Virus record (IMG/VR): IMGVR_UViG_3300027754_000090
Coordinates: 1 to 62,795 of that record
DNA: 62,795 nt
Strand: one strand, 5' to 3'
Source: a virus
Taxonomy: Duplodnaviria; Caudoviricetes
Numbering within the stretch: the stretch's first letter is position 1; every line of letters begins with the position of its first letter. Below the pieces are notes generated by a model. That model made no database searches. It was not told the origin of the DNA and was given only the letters and a program-made list of their open reading frames with translations. Positions 56,700 through 62,795 of the stretch are shown in pieces. A program made the position numbers and the translations under genes.

Positions 56700-58064
56700 A
56701 TGAGTTATCCCAGAAATGTATTTTCCAATCGTGCAATGGATCGGCGAACTTTGCTGCGTGGAGTGGGAGCAGCCATGGCCATACCCTTACTGGATTCCAT
56801 GTCACCAGTGATAGCTGCTCAGCCAGCTGATACACGTCCAGTGAGACTGGCGTTCTGTTATGTGCCCAATGGTATCATCCCTGGCGACTGGCTGCCCAGC
56901 ACCACTGGTCAGAACTTTGACTTCCGCCCCACCATGCGCCCACTAAAAGCACATCGTGATGATATGTTGGTACTCAGCAACTTAGCTCAGCTAAATGGTC
57001 GCGCACTGGGTGACGGTGCTGGTGATCATGCGCGTGCGGGTGCCACATGGCTAACTGGAGTACATCCCAAGAAAACCGAAGGTGCAGATATTCTGGCTGG
57101 GATCTCAGCAGATCAGATTGCAGCCAGACATCACGAAAAACAAACTCAGTTCGGTTCACTGGAACTGGGCTTGGAAGAACCTTTTCTGGCTGGTGGTTGT
57201 GATTCTGGATACAGTTGTGCCTACACCAATACACTGTCCTGGCGTGGACCCACTATGCCCAATCCAGTACAGGTGAATCCTCGTGAAATCTTTGAACGGT
57301 TATTTGGTGACAGTGACACCACTGACCCCACTGCGAGACTGCATCGCATGGCACAGGACCGCAGTGTGCTGGACTTTGTTCGTGCTGATGCTTATAAATT
57401 GCGTACTGGTCTGGGAATACGTGATCAGCAAAAGCTGGAAGAATATCTGGCATCTGTGCGTGATATTGAGCGTCGTATTCAGAAAGCCGAACATCAAGCA
57501 GCCACCATAGCGATGCCCAGCATAGTTCGCCCAGTGGGCATTCCTGACAGCTTTGAAGATCACGCCAAAATCATGGCAGATCTCATGGTCATTGCCTTCC
57601 AGACCGACATGACCCGCGTCATCACTTTCATGATGGCTCGTGAAGGCAGCAACCGCAGCTACCGCGAAATAGGTATCAGCGATGGTCACCACTCAGTTAC
57701 TCACCACCAGAACGATCCTGAAAAGATTGCCAAGACCCAGAAGATCAACGAGCACCACGTCAAGAGCTTCGCTTATCTGGTGCAGCGCATGAAGGAAACG
57801 CAGGACGGCGATGCCAGCTTGCTGGACCGCACATTGTTGCTATATGGCAGCAGTATCCGCGAAGGCAACGTCCACGACCACCACGATCTTCCCCTGGTGC
57901 TGGTGGGCGGCAAGGCCACTGGCATACAGGGTGGACGACATATCCGATACAAGGATGAGACTCCCATGAACAACCTGCTGATCACTATGCTGGCTAAGTC
58001 AGGTGTTGCGGTGGAATCACTGGGTGACGCCAATGGTCATATTGATCAGCTGAGCGGAGTGTGA
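56700..58064 (+). CDS. DUF1552-family protein (host-derived)
   Basis: RRTLLRG.GAA.A.P.LDSM, RL...YVPNG, GYSCAY, LAFQTD.TRV, HH..HH, YGS...GN.H. Confidence 0.85.
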   Translation: MSYPRNVFSNRAMDRRTLLRGVGAAMAIPLLDSMSPVIAAQPADTRPVRLAFCYVPNGIIPGDWLPSTTGQNFDFRPTMRPLKAHRDDMLVLSNLAQLNGRALGDGAGDHARAGATWLTGVHPKKTEGADILAGISADQIAARHHEKQTQFGSLELGLEEPFLAGGCDSGYSCAYTNTLSWRGPTMPNPVQVNPREIFERLFGDSDTTDPTARLHRMAQDRSVLDFVRADAYKLRTGLGIRDQQKLEEYLASVRDIERRIQKAEHQAATIAMPSIVRPVGIPDSFEDHAKIMADLMVIAFQTDMTRVITFMMAREGSNRSYREIGISDGHHSVTHHQNDPEKIAKTQKINEHHVKSFAYLVQRMKETQDGDASLLDRTLLLYGSSIREGNVHDHHDLPLVLVGGKATGIQGGRHIRYKDETPMNNLLITMLAKSGVAVESLGDANGHIDQLSGV

Positions 58065-58068
58065 TCAC

Positions 58069-58422
58069 ATGAGCAAGCTGTCAGATCTGATTTATCGCAC
58101 AGAAACTCGTGAGCTGACCCAGTGGGTGGCTGATATTCACATGGACACCACCGACGGCGAACATTATGTGCTCACGGCTGGCCCCAGGCTCAATGCTGGT
58201 CTTGCCCAGGTGGTCAGCAGCTCAGACATTGCTGAAATTTATATTACACTCAGCACGGAGTACTTGGTCACCAATCAGGGTAAAATATTACCCAGATCCC
58301 AAATTACTCAGACACAAGTGTTGAACCGTGCTGCGTTGACCAGCTGGAGTCGGCGTGTTTGGTTTAATTGGTACCCCAGTCGCTGGCGCAGAAATATTGA
58401 CAAGCCCAGTGATGTTTGCTAG
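58069..58422 (+). CDS. Hypothetical protein
   Basis: 117-aa ORF with GGAG RBS. Confidence 0.5.
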   Translation: MSKLSDLIYRTETRELTQWVADIHMDTTDGEHYVLTAGPRLNAGLAQVVSSSDIAEIYITLSTEYLVTNQGKILPRSQITQTQVLNRAALTSWSRRVWFNWYPSRWRRNIDKPSDVC

Positions 58423-58425
58423 ACT
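58397..58425 (+). promoter_or_regulatory. Sigma70 promoter of the GAC-mimic ncRNA
   Basis: TTGACA-N17-TAGACT (TG extended); predicted +1 near 58432, the first base of the terminal stem. Confidence 0.8.
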
Positions 58426-58431
58426 AGTAAA

Positions 58432-58827
58432 GTGACAGGGTGGAGGTGGGCCTATAAGCAGCCATCCTTTAAAGAGTAGATGTTGGACTGTGATCAGCGT
58501 GTTGAGTAAGCTTGCCTTGTGGCTACAACGAAACCAGTGTTAATTCACTGGTGAATACAGCAGGGTCGGATAATGTTGTGTAACCCTTAATATTGGGCCC
58601 CCTGTAACCAATCAGACCCAAGAATAATCTGGGTTGACGCGGACATAATGAATTCGCGTTCCCCTGAGGGCACTGATAACAGATCATGGAGACGACCCGG
58701 CAGAAATACAGAATTAGCATCAAGACTGCGAACCGGAGAACCTAATTTTGATTTGATCTGACGACGAATCGTAGTTCATAGATAATTCTACCAGCATCTT
58801 TAAGCGTAACAGCACACACCCTGTCAC
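58432..58827 (+). ncRNA. Structured ncRNA containing a split copy of the 23S rRNA L11-binding domain (H43-H44)
   Basis: 11-bp terminal stem GTGACAGGGTG/CACCCTGTCAC; GGAGGTGGGCCTATAAGCAGCCATCCTTTAAAGAGT ... GCGTAACAGCACAC; insertion closed by AGATGTTGG/CCAGCATCT. Confidence 0.85.
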
Positions 58828-58834
58828 CTACAAA

Positions 58835-59380
58835 ATGAAACACTTTATTATATCGGATACTCACTTCAACCACACGAATATCATCAGATATTGTGATCGG
58901 CCGTTCAGCTCAGTATCTGCAATGAACGAGATGCTGATATACAACTGGAATGCCACAGTGGCACCAGATGACAATGTATGGCATCTGGGAGATATGGGAT
59001 TTGGTGATCTAACTGAATTTCGTCACCGGCTCAATGGCCACATACATTTGATCCAGGGCAATCATGACAACCATCGTACCTGGGGGACCTTTGAATTTGC
59101 CAGCAGACAGCCACATCAGTTACTGGACGCGGGCGGACTCAGAGTACTGTTGATTCATCATCCTATTCATCAGCCAGAGTATAAGTGTGTTGCACCCAAC
59201 CTGGATTATGATGTTTGTCTGTATGGTCATATTCATCAACGAGATCCAGGCTGGACCAGTGTGGGTGATCGTTGGTACCGTAATTGCAGTGTGGAGGTCA
59301 TGGATTATCGGCCACAACTGATCCAGGATGTACTGCAACCCAGACCCCTAAGTGACGACTCTGTCATTGTGATCAGCTGA
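58835..59380 (+). CDS. Calcineurin-like phosphoesterase
   Basis: SDTHFNH, HLGD, GNHD, YGHIH. Confidence 0.9.
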   Translation: MKHFIISDTHFNHTNIIRYCDRPFSSVSAMNEMLIYNWNATVAPDDNVWHLGDMGFGDLTEFRHRLNGHIHLIQGNHDNHRTWGTFEFASRQPHQLLDAGGLRVLLIHHPIHQPEYKCVAPNLDYDVCLYGHIHQRDPGWTSVGDRWYRNCSVEVMDYRPQLIQDVLQPRPLSDDSVIVIS

Positions 59381-59432
59381 ATAAGTTGACCATACAGTGA
59401 CGCCCAGCACAAATCCAGTGTATACTAGTGAA

Positions 59433-60014
59433 ATGAAGACAATTACCTTACGCAGGGCGGCACAGTTACAGGGCGAACTGTCCAGAGAGAACACCGAATC
59501 AGACTTGACCGCCGTCGCAGTGATCAAAGTTAATGCAGCAGCTAATCCTGAGTCTGTGCTGACTGGCGCAGTAAAGGACTTTGAAGTCAAGTTTCAGCAA
59601 GCTCTGAATCTCATCAAGATTCAGTATGCCGTTCGTGAATCGGTGGCCAATGCCAATACCGCCACAGGCGTAGCTGGACTGCTTTCGCGGGATGCTGGGA
59701 TCAAAGCACAGATGACACTGATTGCCAAGATTTTATCTCAGCGTGATGATTGTCCCAACACCGCAGAATGGGTCAGCACTTATGACATCACAGTGGAACG
59801 CATGAAGAAAGCCGACAGCTTGTATGGTCATACTGACCAGATCAATGTTAGTGTGCTTAGCACTGATGATCGTGAGCGATTGACCAAGACCATGGCTAAT
59901 TTACGCCGTGAACGAAATATCATCAGTGATCAGTTGTTGGCCATTAATACCAACACCTATATCGATATCAATGACACAGATTGGACTGTGCTCCAGAATC
60001 TGGGGCTGGTCTAA
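59433..60014 (+). CDS. Coiled-coil protein, DIP1984/DUF6847-like by recalled pattern (leaderless)
   Basis: TATACT-N6-ATG; ITLRRAAQLQ...L...R..ISDQLLAIN.NT.I. Confidence 0.65.
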   Translation: MKTITLRRAAQLQGELSRENTESDLTAVAVIKVNAAANPESVLTGAVKDFEVKFQQALNLIKIQYAVRESVANANTATGVAGLLSRDAGIKAQMTLIAKILSQRDDCPNTAEWVSTYDITVERMKKADSLYGHTDQINVSVLSTDDRERLTKTMANLRRERNIISDQLLAINTNTYIDINDTDWTVLQNLGLV

Positions 60015-60021
60015 TACATGC

Positions 60022-60199
60022 CACAGGGCAAACGCTGAGTGAAGATCTTTACTTACATGGTTAATAATAACCCAGGACTAAATGGCAGCAAAACTTTTTG
60101 CAGATTGGCTGGCCAGATCTCCCTGAGTTACTTATTGTTGCTGATTGTATATTGTTGGTTGTAGATTGTTTTGATCTTTCACACGGTGTTTGCCCTGTG
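60022..60199 (+). ncRNA. Stem-closed RNA with period-7 TTGY-NNN array
   Basis: ~25-bp interrupted stem with G-U pairs (60022-60047 / 60173-60199) enclosing five heptad units at 60138-60172. Confidence 0.6.
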
Positions 60200-60206
60200 C
60201 GTATGT

Positions 60207-60491
60207 TTATTCAGTATCTGAAAATTGATCAGGTTTAGATGATTTTCGGTTGTGTAGCTCTCGCATCATCAATACTGTCTTGAGTTTCATATTGAGCCGC
60301 AGCAGATCATTATCCAACATTCTGATACGGTCAATTAATCCAATGGTAACTTTGTTGGCCGCAGTGAGTGCAGGCTCAATGTCTTCAGTAGCCCAACGCC
60401 ATACATGGAAAATCATGTAGCCTACGCCCATGGCCGCAATGATAGGAAATCCATATTTGCCAACTAATTCCGAAATATCTTGAATATCCAT
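60207..60491 (-). CDS. Small membrane protein (holin-like), paralog of 60524
   Basis: GFPI.AA TM helix plus coiled coil. Confidence 0.65.
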   Translation of the reverse strand: MDIQDISELVGKYGFPIIAAMGVGYMIFHVWRWATEDIEPALTAANKVTIGLIDRIRMLDNDLLRLNMKLKTVLMMRELHNRKSSKPDQFSDTE

Positions 60492-60523
60492 AGTGTACCC
60501 CCGTCAATCTGATTCAGTAAAAT

Positions 60524-60805
60524 CTAGTCTTTCCTGGCATCGGATTTTCCGTCAGAACGGGCAATACGATCCAGATCAGGTGTTACCCCCAGAGCACTGC
60601 TCATTAGGGTGTCGATTTTTATTACGTCATGGTTGATGGTTTTTACACGATTGTCCAGCGCGGTGATTAATCCGCTGAGCCCTCGAACACTGCTTTTGAC
60701 TCCTGCTAGGATAAATTTTAGTGTGAGGAATACAAAATATCCAGCAGCCAAGGCGGCAGCGATGGGAAAACCCACTTCGCCGATCAGCTTGAATATTTCT
60801 TCCAT
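60524..60805 (-). CDS. Small membrane protein (holin-like)
   Basis: GFPIAAA TM helix plus LDNRVK coiled coil; GAGGA RBS. Confidence 0.65.
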   Translation of the reverse strand: MEEIFKLIGEVGFPIAAALAAGYFVFLTLKFILAGVKSSVRGLSGLITALDNRVKTINHDVIKIDTLMSSALGVTPDLDRIARSDGKSDARKD

Positions 60806-60887
60806 TTAGATATCCTCGGTAATATTTATCTTACGACCATACTAATAATAAGCACATGTTAACCCCAGCGATAAGTATGCGTACTGC

Positions 60888-62129
60888 ATGATCAACTTGA
60901 AATTCAGCATCATCACTCCCACCCACATTCGTAATAGTTTCTTATCTGAGCTGTATCTCAGTATACTGGCGCAGACTTATACCAATTGGCATTGGGTTAT
61001 CCTCCTCAACGGTGGTGCGGTCATTGACCAAGTACCTGCTGAAATCAGAGCTGATGCCAGAACAGAGATTCACATCACCACTGACACCAACAGCAATGTG
61101 GGACACATCAAGCGAGCAGCATTTCAGCTGGGCACTGGTGATGTACTGGTGGAAATGGATCACGATGATCTGCTGACACCAGATTGCTTGGCTGAGCTGA
61201 ATACGGCATTTCAGGATCCTGATGTAGGCTTTGTGTACAGTGATAATGCCAAGTATCACACTCAGGCTGAGTTTGAACCCTATGGAGCTTACTGGGGGTG
61301 GACACATCACAAACATCAGTGGCAGGACCATAGCCTGTATGTAATGGACAGCTTTGTGGCCAGCAGCCACAGTGTGGGGCAGATCTATTACGCACCAGAT
61401 CATGTCAGAGCCTGGAGAACCACAGTGTATCAGCAAGTGGGTGGGCATAATCCCGAGCTCAGCGTGTGTGATGATCAGGATCTGATAATCCGCACCTACT
61501 TACAAACCAGATTTGTTTATATTCCACAAGTACTGTACATCTATCGCATCACTGGCGACAACACCTGGCTGGCTCGCAATGAACAGATACAAACACTGAG
61601 TCAAGCAATATTTCGTCAGTATGCATGGCAACTGGCTGTGAGAGATGCTGAGCTGCGTGAGCTTATGATAGTGGATCTGGGTGGTGGCATTGACGCCAAG
61701 GCTGGCTGTGTGACTATTGACACCGCAGATGCTGATATCATTGCTGATCTCAATGCTGGTATTCCACTTCCGGATAACAGTGTGGGCGTGATCAATGCCA
61801 GTCATGTGCTGGAACATCTGCGAGATCCACTGTTTAGTATGCGAGAAATTCATCGTGTACTGGCTGATGGCGGCTGGGCTTTCATTGAAGTGCCCAGCAC
61901 TGATGGTCGTGGTGCGTGGCAGGATCCCACACATGTCAGCTACTGGAATCAGAACAGCTTTGGCTATTATACTCGCACAGACCGTGCCAGATATATTCGT
62001 AACACTGACATTCGTTTTCAAGAATTCAGACTGGAGACTCGGTGGTGGGAGGAAAATGTCGCGGTGGTGGATGCTTGGCTGGTGGCAGTGAAGTCGGATC
62101 AGCGTCGTCCTCACAAATTGACCATCTAG
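60888..62129 (+). CDS. GT2 glycosyltransferase fused to a class I methyltransferase-like domain
   Basis: FSIITPTH, DHDD, DDQDL; then VDLGGG, SHVLEH, EIHRVL..GG, QDPTH. Confidence 0.85.
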   Translation: MINLKFSIITPTHIRNSFLSELYLSILAQTYTNWHWVILLNGGAVIDQVPAEIRADARTEIHITTDTNSNVGHIKRAAFQLGTGDVLVEMDHDDLLTPDCLAELNTAFQDPDVGFVYSDNAKYHTQAEFEPYGAYWGWTHHKHQWQDHSLYVMDSFVASSHSVGQIYYAPDHVRAWRTTVYQQVGGHNPELSVCDDQDLIIRTYLQTRFVYIPQVLYIYRITGDNTWLARNEQIQTLSQAIFRQYAWQLAVRDAELRELMIVDLGGGIDAKAGCVTIDTADADIIADLNAGIPLPDNSVGVINASHVLEHLRDPLFSMREIHRVLADGGWAFIEVPSTDGRGAWQDPTHVSYWNQNSFGYYTRTDRARYIRNTDIRFQEFRLETRWWEENVAVVDAWLVAVKSDQRRPHKLTI

Positions 62130-62174
62130 CGAGGGTGGTTGACATTATGATATCAGCGTGTTATCATAAGTATT

Positions 62175-62324
62175 ATGATGAAGAAACCCATGTCTTTCAC
62201 GATCCCAGCCACAGATCACAGTAAAGTCCGCAGCGGAGTTCGTGCCACTCGTGTGATCGATCATCAGAAAACCCGTGAATCTCTGCCACGTAAAGCTAAA
62301 CACAAGAAACGTGAGGACTACTAG
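62175..62324 (+). CDS. 49-aa basic peptide resembling ArfA/BrfA ribosome-rescue factors
   Basis: TTGACA-N17-TATCAT-N7-ATG; RATRVIDHQK....RKAKHKK. Confidence 0.5.
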   Translation: MMKKPMSFTIPATDHSKVRSGVRATRVIDHQKTRESLPRKAKHKKREDY

Positions 62325-62522
62325 TTTGGACAGTCTTACTGTTGAAGTGGTATATGATATGAACAGAGTCATGCACAGCATGATTCGCAAGAATTGTGAT
62401 CAAATCGAAGTCATGCGCCAGCAGATACTGGCACTGGAAAAACAAGTGGCGCAGTTGAATTCACAACTGACAGACACTGATTAGACCATTTGCTATACTG
62501 ATCAAGTGAGGTATTTAATAAG

Positions 62523-62795
62523 ATGATCGTCCGCGGATACACTATCGCAGCAGGTGCTCTCCTCATATGTGCAGACCTCAGGGGTGCAGACCTCAGGGGT
62601 GCAGACCTCAGGGGTGCAGACCTCAGGGGTGCAGACCTCAGTGGCACTGACCTCACTGGTGCAGAACTCACTGGTGCAGACCTCAGGGGTGCAGACCTCA
62701 GTGGCACTGACCTCACTGGTGCAGACCTCACTGGTGCAGAACTCAGGGGTGCAGAACTCGGTGTTGCAGACCTCAGGGGTGCAGACCTCAGGGGT
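62523..62795 (+). CDS. Pentapeptide-repeat protein 3 (3'-truncated by window end)
   Basis: MIVRGYTIAAG then (GADLx)n; promoter TGCTATACT upstream. Confidence 0.85.
   Translation, partial: MIVRGYTIAAGALLICADLRGADLRGADLRGADLRGADLSGTDLTGAELTGADLRGADLSGTDLTGADLTGAELRGAELGVADLRGADLRG

Noticed and set aside
58432-58827. A true rRNA gene, tmRNA or RNase P RNA
   Set aside because: Only ~50 nt match 23S. There is no tRNA-like acceptor/CCA end or tag ORF and no recognisable RNase P core. A group I intron was considered (U before the insert, G after it), but ligation would drop the G1091 equivalent and I saw no clear P7/R-S consensus.
38260-62795. 15-bp GGTGCAGACCTC repeats as CRISPR or DGR template/variable repeats
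   Set aside because: They are coding pentapeptide repeats. There is no reverse transcriptase in the window and the variation is not adenine-restricted.
1-62795. Stop-codon recoding (TAG/TGA reassignment)
   Set aside because: Conserved genes are intact in code 11, TAG and TGA end genes at sensible places, and there is no suppressor tRNA.

Overview
This window is a 62.8-kb segment of a large (probably jumbo) lytic myovirus-type dsDNA phage using the standard genetic code. It carries virion genes (tail fibre, Ig-like structural proteins) and T4-like replication and nucleotide genes (primase, DnaB-like helicase, exonuclease, class Ia RNR, glutaredoxin, ATP-dependent ligase, dCMP deaminase). It also carries a proteostasis set (ClpX, ClpP, ClpS, Hsp20), NAD salvage (NadM-Nudix plus NAMPT), a SpoT/Mesh1-like HD hydrolase, UvsE and many small early ORFs behind repeated sigma70 promoters. 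The translation-related kit is unusually rich: ribosomal protein bS21, 22 tRNAs (several structurally odd), a PTH2-like hydrolase and an ArfA-like peptide. Highlights: (1) a free-standing, promoter-driven ~396-nt ncRNA at 58432-58827 that reproduces the 23S rRNA L11-binding/GTPase-associated centre (H43-H44) with a ~326-nt structured insertion; (2) a coiled-coil ORF followed by a stem-closed RNA carrying period-7 TTGY-NNN units; (3) nrdA fractured by an atypically split intein around a decayed HNH gene; (4) pervasive leaderless gene architecture at both early (sigma70) and late (TAAATA) promoters. All family assignments come from motif recognition by eye and recalled reference sequences. No database search or folding was run.
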